Shown piece by piece: positions 23,423-36,708 of a stretch of 64,000 bases of DNA; positions within the stretch are counted from its first letter, which is position 1, and each line of letters opens with the position of its first letter. Origin of the DNA: Takakia lepidozioides (Eukaryota > Plantae > Bryophyta); NCBI GenBank assembly GCA_030704615.1, contig CM060731.1, positions 76,136,001-76,200,000 on the forward strand, given 5' to 3'. Both the position numbers and the translations under genes were made by a program. The notes beneath the pieces are model-generated. The model saw only the letters and a list, made by a program, of their open reading frames with translations, searched no databases and was not told the DNA's origin.

Positions 23423-26400
23423 CAATGTTGGGTGGGTATATTAATTACCCTGATATACCCGGATATTGATATATATATACCCTGGTGTGGCAAGTTTAGG
23501 TACTCGGATATATACCCGTATATCATGGTATACTTTTATGATATACCCTTATCCATATATTTACCCTGCATGAAGACGTCCAATATACCCTACTTTTGTG
23601 AAGGGTATATGTTAAAATGAAGGGTATATCTAATCAGGGTATATAAGGGTTAGGCATTAGGATATAATTGAGCCGCCATCCATAAATGTAGGTATGCTAA
23701 GGATAGCCACCTTCGACACAGGAAATCGTTCCTTCTCGATTTCATATTCTAGTATTCTCTATTTCTCCTTCATGTCGACGGTTCTGCATCTAGTTACGCG
23801 TAGATGTTAGCATGATCTTCACTTCACGAGTATGGATACTCAGAACGAGTATGTCATTGGCACTACGATTCGGGATGGCCACTTTCTTGACATAGAAGAA
23901 ACTCCTGATATCGAGCACAACCTTGACGTTGGGCCTTCAAGTGTCTCTCGACATGACAATCATATACCGGTTTTATGTGAAGGGTCGACAACATGTAGGA
24001 GCACAGATACAGAGGAGTCAGCTGCAAAAGAGGCAAGAGTATGTCGGGAGCTGGAAGCCTTAACAGAGCAGGCAAAATGTTGGGTGCCGTATGGTCGAAA
24101 ATCTCCACCGTGGGCATTTTTTACGACAAACAGTGAAGAGGTAGTTTCATTGGGCAATGAGCAGATTCTCCGTTGCATTCTATGTCATAGCAATGCTTGT
24201 GGTGCTGAGCATCTTGTCTTAAAGACCAGAGGTAGAAAAGGTCTCATAAAATACAACAAATTGCATGGCACTAATGTAATGAGGAAGCACATTGAAAATG
24301 AGCATGGAGAGGTGTCGAGTAGATATCAGGACCTTTGTGCTGCTCGTCGTAAGGATCCTTTGGAGCCACATGAGCAAGAGCCCTCTAAGAAACGGCAGAA
24401 AGTGGCATCGGGTGCCATTTCCACATTTTTTTGTAGCACTGTTCCCTATAAGAAAAATGATTAGAAGCAAAAGTCTTTCATGGAGGATCTGGTACTGCTT
24501 ATAGCAAAAGGTTATTTTCCCTTGTCGACTGTAGAAAATCTCTGGCTCAGACATTGTGTTCTACGCCGAGACCCACGTTGCGTCTTTCCTTCTCGGAGAA
24601 TGCTCACGGAAGAGATTTTGCCCACAATGGTTGAAGCTACTGTTGAGAGAACATCAGATTGGGAGCCAAAGCAGATTACATTGGGGCTTTTTGAAGCCAC
24701 TGATACAATTGGAGCTGGCTTAGCAAGGCAGCTGAGATCCTTACTTGACTGACCACAAAATTTTTATGTTATGTTAAAGATGAAGGCAACAATCTGTCCA
24801 CTATGACTCAAGCTTTGAAATCGGTGGTAACTTGTGAAGCCTTTGGATCAAGCTGTCCCATTTGATGGGGCTTGCTATGGCCATACCATGAGCAAGGCAT
24901 GTCAATATTCCACCACAGAGGAGAAGGTTTGTGAAGGCCTTGGGCCAATTTCTATCAAGGCAGCCTAGTCATCAATTCAGTCTTGCATTACATGGCCCAA
25001 AAAGTCAGGCAAAGGGCGGTAGGAATGGACAAAAGCGTGCTTGGATTCATCGTTACATCCCCGAAAATTGAGTACACCGGTCAAAACTCGTTTTGCTTCG
25101 AAGGTCATCATGTTTCAGCAAGCACTTCAGTTTCGTCAGGCCATCCATCTTTGTTACAGTCTCCAGACAATTGCACTACAAGGTCGAATCCCTTCAGGTG
25201 CAACATGGGCAATTGCACAAGCCATTTCTGCAACTTTGTCCCCCGTGGTCTTTTTATGTGTGCTGAATCAACGACGTGGCTATTGGCTGTTAAGTGATGC
25301 ATTGGCTACAACCATTTCATTGTGTGTGAAGATGCAAAGTGAGAGGGTGCAAATGGAAGCTCAGGTTCAAGAAGCTTCTTTCTTTGACTTTGATATGAAA
25401 CTCATCATGTTGCAAGTTCGTATGCATGAGCAAGTTGTAAAGGTCTTGGCTCCATTCTTGTCATTTACAGAGATGTACATACCAAGCAAAGCACACAACA
25501 TGCTTGTGCTTATGCTAGATCCTCGATTCAAGGACCTTTCACTCATCGGCAGTTTTGTTGGGAAGGTAAATGCAACTCTGATGGCACGACAGTATGACAC
25601 CCTCCTCTTATTGCCTTTATTGAAGAATGGGATAAGTGTGGAGGCATGTGACGTTGAAACACAGGAAATGGACAATGTTGTATTTGGTGACAGTCACGTT
25701 GTATTTGGGGCTGGAATTTCCGAAGAAGACACAGCCTTTGAGCATGTGAGTTCATTATTCCATCAATTAGGTTTTGTGGATGCAAGTGGTTGTTGTAGAG
25801 TCCATTCCTTCAACGTGTCCAGACTCCAGACCTCTAGTTAATTTTTTCTGTTAGGCTTTCTTTCTTATATCTATTCAAGTTGTCTTACTACATTTGTCAA
25901 TTCTTGTTGGGTGTTGCAAGTGCGACGGGAGCTCGCTTGTTTCCGCCATCTCCAAATAGTGCCTAAATCTTGTGAGAACCCCTTGCAATGGTGGAAAGCT
26001 CATGAAGGGCAGTTCCCCACAGTGGGATTCTTGGCCCGTCAAGTTCTTGGCATTCCAGGTAGTCAAATTGAAACGGAACGTATTTTCTCAATTGTTGGTA
26101 TTCTTACTTCACTTCGTAGATGTAGGCTTGGATCACAGAACCTAGACCAACTGGTTTTGCTCATCAAGAACTTGCCTGACGATCCACGAGTAGGTTGCGA
26201 CAGGTCTGATACAACATTAGATGATTTTGGTGATGGAGAGGCTGCACTTTTGGACTCATTAGAAGATGAGTTTGAAAGTTTTGCAGAGTCTATTCTAGAG
26301 GACTGTTCCGATGATATGGATATCATGTAACATACAGACTTTAAAGCGCTGGAGCACCAATGGTAAAGGTAAGCTTTTGCTGCACTTTGCCTCCTAACTC

Positions 26401-26831
26401 AAGTTGAGTAGTGTTTTCATGCTCATTTCCATAGTATTGTGCTTGCCCATCTGAAACAGTACCTGTAGTGTACGGTACTCTAATGCAAATGATTTTCACG
26501 TTTCTGGCCAATTTCCAAGTCTTTGTAGTCTTACAACATTAATGAAATCATAACCTTGGTGGCATCCTTTTCTGAAGCTACATGTTTAGTCAACACAGGG
26601 AAGTGAGAGACCAGGCCAACTTGCTTACATATCGAATAATGGTCAGCACATGGACCTTTGAAAGTAACTTTCATGAAGTCATGGTCTGGCTGGATCTCAT
26701 CCGCTGGTGGGTGGGTGTAACTAATAACAATGACAGCCCTGTGAACGGCATCCTTACGGGTCCCCTAAAATGGATTGTGGAATTTATTTCCGAGGCAGTA
26801 GTGGCTGTGGGTAGGAATTTGTACAAGTACT
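23423..26831 (+). mobile_element. hAT transposon, left copy; decayed, with a deletion removing the FDLWMS catalytic-D motif
   Basis: CAATGTT terminus; TATACCC/GGGTATA subterminal repeats; BED finger WAFF...RCILCH...MRKHIENEH; PVKTRF; LDPRFK; hAT dimerisation PLQWWK...SQIETERIFS. Confidence 0.92.
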
Positions 26832-27849
26832 TGGACCAATTGCTCTCCCTTCTTGCTGTGGCCACTCTGGAGGAGGGCTCCTCTGGGCAGGGTGAGTTAA
26901 TCAGTAGGTGTGATAAGCTCATGGCGCATGTTTATCTTTGCCTTTGCAAAATTGAAGGGGTAGAATCATTAGTCAAGAAGGGGAATCATTAGTCAAGAAG
27001 GGGCATCATTCTTTCAGGGGTGGTGAGCATCTCCACACATGCATGCACCAGGGAATCGTGGTTATGGAATCATCCTCCATCAGCCAAATTGCTTCTTCTA
27101 AGGCACTTCCCATTCAAACGTCAAGGGAGAGGAAAGCTTTCAGTTTTTTTTGTTCTTTCACTCAAGCTGACCTGGGGTTCTTTTTTATTTCCATCCGTCT
27201 GTCATCTTGTGGGATAGGCTTGCATGCTTCTTCTTTGAGATGCAATGGTGTCTTCCTTCTCTACCTTTTCTTATCTCTATTGTATGTACATATGTAGTTA
27301 TAGATCGTAGAGTCCCCAGTCCAAGTGCATCCGGCCTCTTCCTCTTTATGAGCATTAATATTGATGGAGTTACAGTTTGAGTCTCAACCCTAATAACCAC
27401 TTCCCCTAGCCAATGTACTAGCACCACCTGGGAGCTCCCACTTGCCATAGAGTCCATATTGCTTGAGAGAGAGACAGAGAGAGCCACACAAAGCTGTGCT
27501 AATACAAGTCCATCCCTAGGGGATGCCGCGGGAGATGGAAAGTCCACACTGTTGCTGTTTCTGTAGGTACTGACAAGAAATAGTGTGCCCAGGAAACATG
27601 CTCTAGACACCTTCTTATCAAACAGTTACGCACTAAAGTGACAAATGTCAAACAGATAGACCCCCCTTGCGCGCCAGACCTAATGCCTCCTATCTGAAAC
27701 CTAATTTCCCTTCATGGCCATTCACATGGCAATCAAGACATAATGTCCAATTCCTCCCTACTTAGAAGCGGCTAAGTAGAATTACATTGTAGCAGTTAAG
27801 ACACCTTTGGAACCAAAAGAATGATAGAGTGCCAAAGAAAACCTCTTCA

Positions 27850-28066
27850 GATCTCGCATATATATTTTTCTTAAGAAGATGGACAATGGTGTACCTGTTG
27901 TAATCAATATATATGATGAAATATCTTGCATGACCTCTTGATTGTGTTTGCATGGGCCCGCATATATCATAATGTACAAGAGATAAAAGGGCAGATGTCT
28001 TTGTACCTTCCTTACGAGACTTTTGTCCCGTTTTTGTTTGCCATGAATACAGCCATGACACAATGG
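27850..28066 (-). mobile_element. Inverted Copia integrase fragment (zinc-binding CxxC plus start of catalytic core)
   Basis: CHGCIHGKQKR and LSLVHYDICGPMQTQSRGHARYFIIYID. Confidence 0.8.
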
Positions 28067-31000
28067 AGTACTTGTACAGATTCCTATCCACAGCCTTTAC
28101 TGCCTCGGAAATAAATTCCACGATCCATTTTAGGGGACCCGTAAGGATGCCGTTCACAGGGCTGTCATTGTTATTAGTTACACCCACCCACTAGCGGATG
28201 AGATCCAGCCAGACCATGACTTCATGAAAGTTACTTTCAAAGGTCCATGTGCTGACCATTATTCGATATGTAAGCAAGTTGGCCTGGTCTCTCACTTCCC
28301 TGTGTTGACTAAACATGTAGCTTTAGAAAAGGATGCCACCAAGGTTATGATTTCATTAATGTTGTAAGACTACAAAGACCTGGAAATTGGCCAGAAACAT
28401 GAAAATCATTTGCATTAGAGTACTGCACACTATAGGTATTGTTTCAGATGGGCAAGCACAATACTATGGAAATGAGCATGAAAACACTACTCAACTTGAG
28501 TTAGGAGACAAAGTGCAGCAAAAGCTTACCTTTACCATTGGTGCTCCAGCGCTTTAAAGTCTGTATGTTACATGATATCCATATCATCGGAACAGTCCTC
28601 TAGAATAGACTCTGCAAAACTTTCAAACTCATCTTCTAATGAGTCCAAAAGTGCAGCCTCTCCATCACCAAAATCATCTAATGTTGTATCAGACCTGTCG
28701 CAACCTACTCGTGGATCGTCAGGCAAGTTCTTGATGAGCAAAACCAGTTGGTCTAGGTTCTGTGATCCAAGCCTACATCTACGAAGTGAAGTAAGAATAC
28801 TAGCAATTGAGAAAATACGTTCCGTTTCAATTTGACTACCTGGAATGCCAAGAACTTGACGGGCCAAGAATCCCACTGTGGGGAACTGCCCTTCATGAGC
28901 TTTCCACCATTGCAAGGGGTTCTCACAAGATTTAGGCACTATTTGGAGATGGCGGAAACAAGCGAGCTCCCGTCGCACTTGCAACACCCAACAAGAATTG
29001 ACAAATGTAGTAAGACAACTTGAATAGATATAAGAAAGAAAGCCTAACAGAAAAAATTAACTAGAGGTCTGGAGTCTGGACACGTGGAAGGAATGGACTC
29101 TACAACAACCACTTGCATCTACAAAACCTAATTGATGGAATAATGAACTCACATGCTGAAAGGCTGTGTCTTCTTCGGAAATTCCAGCCCCAAATACAAC
29201 GTGACTGTCACCAAATACAACATTGTCTATTTCCTGTGTTTCAACGTCACATGCCTCCACACTTATCCCATTCTTCTTCTTGTAAATTGAAATCAATAAA
29301 TGCAATAAGAGGAGGGTGTCATACTGTCGTGCCATCAGAGTTGCATTTACCTTCCCAACAAAACTGCCGATGAGTGAAAGGTCCTTGAATCGAGGATCTA
29401 GCATAAGCACAAGCATGTTGTGTGCTTTGCTTGGTATGTACATCTCTATAAATGACAAGAATGGAGCCAAGACCTTTACAATTTGCTCACGCATACGAAC
29501 TTGCAACATGATGAGTTTCATATCAAAGTCAAAGAAAGAAGCTTCTTGAACCTGAGCTTCCATTTGCACCCTCTCACTTTGCATCTTCACACACAATGAA
29601 ATGGTTGTAGCCAATGCATCACTTAACAGCCAATAGCCACGTCGTTGATTCAGCACACATAAAAAGACCATGGGGGACAAAGTTGCAGAAATGGCTTGTG
29701 CAATTGCCCATGTTGCACCTGAAGGGATTCGACCTTGTAGTGCAATTGTCTGGCGACTGTAACAAAGATGGATGGCCTGACGAAACTGAAGTGCTTGCTG
29801 AAACATGATGACCTTCGAAGCAAAACGAGTTTTGACCGGTGTACTCAATTTTCGGGGATGTAACGATGAATCCAAGCACGCTTTTGTCCATTCCTACCGC
29901 CCCTTGCCTGACTTTTTGGGCCATGTAATGCAAGACTGAATTGATGATTGGCTGCCTTGATAGAAATTGGCCCAAGGCCTTCACAAACCTTCTCCTCTGT
30001 GGTGGAATATTGACATGCCTTGCTCATGGTATGGCCATAGCAAGCCCCATCAAATGGGACAGCTTGATCCAAGGCTTCACAAGTTACCACCGATTTCAAA
30101 GCTTGAGTCATAGTGGACAGATTGCTGCCTTCATCTTTAACATAACATAAAATTTTTGTGGTCAGTCCAAACCTCACAAGTAAGGATCTCAGCTGCCTTG
30201 CTAAGCTAGCTCCAATTGTATCTGTGGCTTCAAAAAGCCCCAGTGTAATCTGCTTTGGCTCCCAATCTGAGACCAAAAAATTGACTACTAGGGCAAATGT
30301 GTCCTGCGCCCCTTTGCTCATCCATAAGTCGAAAGTGGCAGTGGCAGTAACACATTCAGCCAAGTATGGTCGTGCATGTCTCTCAACAGTAGCTTCAACC
30401 ATTGTGGGCAAAATCTCTTCCGTGAGCATTCTCCGAGAAGGAAAGACGCAACGTGGGTCTCGGCGTAGAACACAACGTCTGAGCCAGAGATTTTCTACAG
30501 TCGACAAGGGAAAATAACCTTTTGCTATAAGCAGTACCGGATCCTCCATGAAAGACTTTTGCTTCTCATCATTTTTCTTGTAGGGAACAGTGCTACAAAA
30601 AAATGTGGAAATGGCACCCGATGTCACTTTCTGCCGTTTCTTAGAGGGCTCTTGCTCATGTGGCTCCAAAGGATCCTTACAACGAGCAGCACAAAGGTCC
30701 TGATATCTACTCGACACCTCTCCATGCTCATTTTCAATGTGCTTCCTCATTGCATTAGTGCCATGCAATTTGTTGTATTTTATGAGACCTTTTCTACCTC
30801 TGGTCTTTAAGACAAGATGCTCAGCACCACAAGCATTGCTATGACATAGAATGCAACGGAGAATCTGCTCATTGCCCAATGAAACTGCCTCTTCACTGTT
30901 TGTCGTAAAAAATGCCCACGGTGGAGATTTTCGACCATACGGCACCCAACATTTTGCCTGCTCTGTTAAGGCTTCCAGCTCCCGACATACTCTTGCCTCT

Positions 31001-31606
31001 TTTGCAGCTGACTCCTCTGTATCTGCGCTCCTACATGTTGTCGACCCTTCACATAAAACCGGTATATGATTGTCATGTCGAGAGACACTTGAAGGCCCAA
31101 CGTCAAGGTTGTGCTCGATATCAGGAGTTTCTTCTACGTCAAGAAAATGACCATCCCGAATCGTATTGCCAATGACATACTCGTTCTGAGTATCCATACT
31201 CGTGAAGTGAAGATCATGCTAACATCTATGCGTAACTAGATGCAGAACCGTCGACATGAAGGAGAAATAGAGAATACTAGAATATGAAATTGAGAAGGAA
31301 CGATTTCCTGTGTCGAAGGTGGCTATCCTTAGCATACCTACATTTATGAATGGCGGCTCAATTATATCCTAATGCCTAACCCTTATATACCCTGATTAGA
31401 TATACCCTTCATTTTAACATATACCCTTCACAAAAGTAGGGTATATTGGACGTCTTCATGCAGGGTAAATATATGGATAAGGGTATATCATAAAAATATA
31501 CCATGATATACGGGTATATATCCGGGTACCTAAATTTGCCACACCAGGGTATATATATATCAATATCCGGGTATATCAGGGTAATTAATATACCCGCCCA
31601 ACATTG
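28067..31606 (-). mobile_element. hAT transposon, right copy; transposase 31197-28568 nearly intact, frameshift near 29940, intron before the dimerisation exon
   Basis: Reverse complement of 23423-26831; ATATFDLWMSKG, VKDEGSNL, CYGH, TERIFS; ends AACATTG. Confidence 0.93.
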
Positions 31607-33881
31607 GTCTCTACGCCTTCCCAACAATCTCTGTGTAATAATCCATTATTTTATTCTGATCATGATGATGACTCCCCTATTACAAAGGTACAATCCCCTC
31701 TTCCCAGTCAACCTGTCTGGACTGATGTAGAGGAAGCATTTCCCCAACTTGTCCTTTCTGGGTTCAACTTTGATAAAGTTACTCCTAAACCCACTACATC
31801 TCGTACGGTAGGAAGCTGAAGCCTAATCCTAAATATGCTAATTATCATCGGAGTGTCCCTGATTTGACAGAGCCTCTTATCAAGAGGCTATCTCTCGATC
31901 TGACTCAAAATATTGGCAAGCGGCGATCATCTCTGAATATGATTCTCTCATCAAGAATCATACCTGGGACTTCGTTGTATTGCCGGTAGGCCGTAAACCC
32001 ATTCGTTGCAAATGGTTGTTTAAAATACAACTTAAAGCCGATGGTACCGTTGAATAAAACACGTCTTGTGGCCAAGGGCTATTCACAAGTGGCAGGGGGT
32101 GATTATCAAGACACATTTTCTCTTGTTGTTAATATAAGTTCAATTCGTACTTTGTTAGCCTTGGCTGCGGTCCATGACTGGGAGGTCCATCAAATGGACG
32201 TTATGACAGCTTTGTTGCATGGTACTCTACGAGAGGAAATCTATATGTCTCAATCTAATGGTTTTGTCAAACATGGCCACGAAACAAAGGTGTGTCGGTT
32301 GCTCCGTAGCGGCCTTAAACAAGCTCCCCGAGTGTGGTATGAGCGCATTGAGTTCATGGTGTTGGTTTCCATTGGAGTTCATCCGACTCTAATGTGTACA
32401 TTAAGCGATTCAACCGTTTCATAATCATAAACGCTTTGTATGTGGATGATGCTCTTTTATTTTGTGATAATTCTGCTTTACTCTTGGACACAAACAATAA
32501 GTTAAAATCCACATATGAGATGTCAACCGATAATGGTCCCGTCCACTATATTTTGGGTATTCAAGTTAACATAATCGCTCCCTTGGCAATATTACATTAA
32601 CACGGAAACACTATCTTTTTGAATATTTGCAACGTTTTCATATGGTTGAAAGCAAGCCTGTTGGTACTCCCTTGGAGGTTAATACCAAACTTTCTCGGAT
32701 GAGTCTCCAGCCAGTGATGAGGCTCGCCAGGCTATGCTGCATATTCCATACCAAAAGGCTGTTGGTCGTCTCACCTACGCCATGGTTTGTACGCCTCCAG
32801 ACTTGGCGTTTGCGGTGGGGGAAGTGGCGCAGCATTCCGCCAACCTTGGACCGAGTCATTGGCTAGCAATGAAACAAATTTTTCGATATATCAAAGGTAC
32901 TCTTAACCTTGGCATTATATATTCCTCGAGGACATCATATCCTCTAGTACGTTTGGGATATTGCGATGCAGATTGGGCAGGGGACGTCGATGGCAGAAAA
33001 TCCACTACCGGATATACTTATATTCTAAGTGGTGGTGCTATCACTTGGACAAGTAAACGTCAAAATACTGTAGCTTTCTCCAGTATCGAAGCTGAATACA
33101 AAGCAACAACAAAAGCAGCCAAAGAAGTCGTGTGGCTTCAACAGTTATTGAAGGAACTTCATTGAATACATCTCCAACAATTTTGCAATGTGATAATGAA
33201 AGTTGTATTACCCTATGTAGGGATCAAGTATTTCATGTGCGAACTAAGCATATAGAAATACAATTTCATTATATTCGAGAAGTTCAAACACAAGGAGTGG
33301 TGAAGCTGCTATATTGTTCAAGAGAGGATAACATTTCAGATATATTTACTAAGGCTTTGACGAAAGTCAAACATGAAAAGTTACAAAGTAGTTCGTAACT
33401 CCAGATCTGTTCCCCGAATTCAACTTCTCCTCGATGGCACGATCAATTGCAGCAATATTCTCTGCAGATTCCCAAAATTTGTCATTCGAAACATGTGAAA
33501 TAATCTGAGTTGAAGGGCCTGCTATAAGCTATCTAGATCAGTCAAAGTCAGGATCAGAGATTTAGCATAGGAAAACTTGATGAGAGAGTAGAGACACAAA
33601 CGAAGTTCTGCACGGAAACTGGCCGATCATGCCACCTTTTGACAAAGTTTGAAAACATATCCTATATACAGAGTTGAGTTCAGTGAATCCCTCAAGTTCA
33701 TGTATTGTCGAATCCTTTCTAAGAGTTCTATACAAGTTGTCACTACTAGCTAAGTCTGCAACAGGTTACAAGACCACCTCCTATTTCATCACTGCACTTG
33801 ATCTTGAGGTTGACTGGACACCTGTCGATCTTCATGCTAACACTCCCACTCAGGCAGCCGAAAGACTATGAACTCCCAACA

Positions 33882-33953
33882 TGTCCATGCATTTGTAATG
33901 CTTGGGTTTCGGAAGGGTGTCCATGCATTTGTAATGCTTGGGTTTCGGAAGGG
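33882..33953. repeat. Perfect 36-bp tandem duplication
   Basis: tgtccatgcatttgtaatgcttgggtttcggaaggg x2. Confidence 0.95.
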
Positions 33954-34039
33954 GCTTTGTCGAAATATGAGCTGCCATATCATCGGTTCTACAGTAGCAA
34001 AAAACAACTTTAAATGACTTCTCGAATAAAATGATACTG

Positions 34040-34357
34040 CACATCTATGTGTTTAATTTTGCTATGGTGAATTGGATTCACATCAAAGCCAAACTTCCCT
34101 GATTGTCAGTTTGAACCTGTGTTGCTTCTTGTTGTAAGGAACCGACATCCTCCAACAACTGTCTCAACCAAATGGCTTCTTTTGAAGCATGTGTAGTCGA
34201 CATGTACTCCGCTTCTGTGCTTGATAGAGCCACTGTAGCTTGCCATTTGCTATTCCAAGCAATAGCTCCTCCACCAAGAAGATAAGAATAACTTGTTGTT
34301 GATCTTCTTGTTTCAACATCCCCAGCCCAATCAGCGGCACAGAATCCGGACAGAGTA
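34040..34357 (-). mobile_element. Copia RNase H remnant from a second element
   Basis: LSGFCAADWAGDVETRRSTTSYSYLLGGGAIAWNSKWQATVALSSTEAEYM...KEAIWLRQLL. Confidence 0.85.
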
Positions 34358-35332
34358 CTCCACTGTCTAGGTGATCAGTCTCTAGACTACATTTAAAATA
34401 CTTTAAATATACTCAGAGTTGTACCATGCTCTTGGACCTATAAGTCACAATGTGATGGCACCAAAGCTTTCGCGGTGTCAACAATTGTCCCATAATTTTC
34501 AATTACCTGATGCTCTTGGCAAATTTTCTGAAGAAGGATTGATCCTAGAGTGATTTCTGGCAGATATTGATTCATGGATTCAGGAGCTTCTAGGTTTCAA
34601 ATTCTTAGCTCTATTCAGGAGCTTCTTAGTTTCAACTTCTTGGTAATGGCTTGAAGTCAATTCAACTCAGATTCATTGGTGTATAGTTGTATAGTCCAAT
34701 ACTTCATTTGTAAATTGAATTTCAGCTGGCTGATTATTTGAATTTTGTATTTTTGAATGTTGCGTTATAAATTACCTTCAAATTACCGATTCTGTAGATC
34801 AGGAAGTGCCGATTCTGAGTGAAGAATCGGCTATTCTCAGTGCAGAATCGGCACTCCCCTAAAACAGCCAAGTTCTTCAATTTAATAAGCCTAAAAACTA
34901 TGCAGAAACGGCCACCCCAAACCTTTACGTGGTGCTGTGTGTTCGGTGCATGGAACGTCGGCCGAAGGGCACAGCCCAGCTGCACATACATTCGTGGTGG
35001 CCGAGCGTCTCTATCGGTGTAGGTACTGCTTCGAGTGCTGCCTCGAGTGCTGCTTCGCGTGTTTCCTTGCTCGCTGCGTATTGCTGTGCCGCCGTCGGGC
35101 CTATTTGTTGCTGCTGTTCTAACATGCGAAAGTAGTTCTGTTCTATTCTATTCTACAGGTGTCCCCAGGCCTCCAGCAGGTGTAGCAACTCTGAGGCAGA
35201 ACCACTGGAGGAGCTAGTGTTTGTATGGTGGGGAAATAGAACTCTATGCTGGGACGGCCTGTGTGTAGTTGGGTGCAAGATATAGTCTGTACTTGACGTT
35301 GAAGCTAGAATTTGTCGTGGATATTAGCAACA

Positions 35333-36708
35333 ATGCCATTGGGTGTCAACACCGAAGGTGATGGGCAGTCTAGCACAATCCAGCAGCAGCGGTATGTAGC
35401 TGACAAAGCATGGTTACAAGCAATGGACTTCTTGACCATGAGCTCAGTACCTGAAGCTTTGAAAGCCGCCATTCTGCTGAACGTTCCCGAAACCATAGCC
35501 AAAGCTGGACCTGATGCCGGTCTGTCAGCTGAAGAGCTCGCCCTGCAAGTAATGCCTGGAAAACGACTCAATGCTGTCTACTTGGATCGAATTCTCCGTG
35601 TGCTAGCGAGCCAGGATTTCTTCAGCGAGATTATGGGGAAACAGTCAGATGGTACCAAGATGGTGCGTCGTTACGGGTTACTGCCAGTGAGCAAGTATTT
35701 TGTCAAGAATGAGGAGGGGTTCTCGTTGGGACCGCTGCTTTTGATGAACCAGGACCAGATTATGTTGGAAGCTTGGAAGCAACTCCACAACACAGTTTTG
35801 GATGACACCAGTGAACCTTTCAAGAAAGCACATGGAAAGAATGTATTTGAGTATGGCACCGAAGATCCACGTTTTGATGCAGTCTTCAACACAGCGATGT
35901 CTAACCATTCGCACCTCTTCATGCAGCTTGTCCTGGGCGCCTACCAAGGCTTCGGTGATGTGAAGCGCTTGATAGATGTAGGGGGAGGTTGGGGCTCCTC
36001 CCTCAGCCTCATCATTGAAAAGTACCCCCACATTGAGTGTGTAAACTTCGACCGGCCTCATGTTGTTGCAGCTGCCCTTTCTTTGAATCCTGGTGCGCCG
36101 CTCTGAACACTTTCTCCGATTTATAATTTGCAAGTCCCTGGTTTGTGCTGTAATGTTCATTTGATCGAAGTTGTTTATATCCCAAGCATGCGGCCAGGTG
36201 TGGAGCATAAAGGTGGCGACATGTTTGAGAGTGTACCATCGGGTGATGCTATCTTCATGAAGGTACCCTGCTGACCCTGCGCCGAAATTCAATTTGCTTT
36301 GGAATCCATGCCTTCACTCAAGAATGAGCTAACGGTTATGCTGCACGAAATTTCTCTTGCCCTTGACACAGGAGAGTGGGTTCTGATGAATCATTCGAAC
36401 AGTGGATATTGCATGACTGGAGCGATGACGATTGCATCAAGCTGTTGAAGAACTGCTACAAGGCACTCCCACCCACTGGAAAGGTTATAGCAATTGATTC
36501 AGTGCTTCCTGGGGATGTTGATCATGGGGTAGGGGCTCGCATACTCTTCCAAATGGACCTCTTCATGCTGTCCTACAGCCCACCGGGCGCCAAGGAGCGC
36601 ACTGAGCAGGAATTTCGGCATCTGGCTATGGCAGCAGGCTTTGCACGCCTGGACATTGTCATCACTTTCGGCGGTTCGCTCTCCGTTTTGGAATTCGTCA
36701 AAGTATGA
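35333..36708 (+). CDS. Caffeic acid O-methyltransferase-like SAM-dependent OMT (exons 35333-36092, 36198-36262, 36403-36708)
   Basis: [34 protein letters not shown]|[21 protein letters not shown]; dimerisation domain LKAAILLNV; canonical splice sites. Confidence 0.95.

Larger units (their letters stand above)
21927..33398 (+). mobile_element. Degenerate Ty1/Copia retrotransposon (gag, protease, pre-integrase 21927-23422; RT and RNase H about 31860-33398), split by the hAT pair
   Basis: IEKLDGSNFSTWKIRM; WFLDSGATNHM; LHVPGLRRNYLISV; *HQRCGHVN; RLVAKGYSQ; QMDVMTALLHG; LYVDDALL; GYCDADWAGD; RTKHIEIQFHYIRE; DIFTKAL. Confidence 0.9.

Noticed and set aside
33520-33763. Putative 3' LTR of the Copia after gagttgaagggcc
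   Set aside because: No matching 5' LTR visible upstream of 21927, so boundaries cannot be supported
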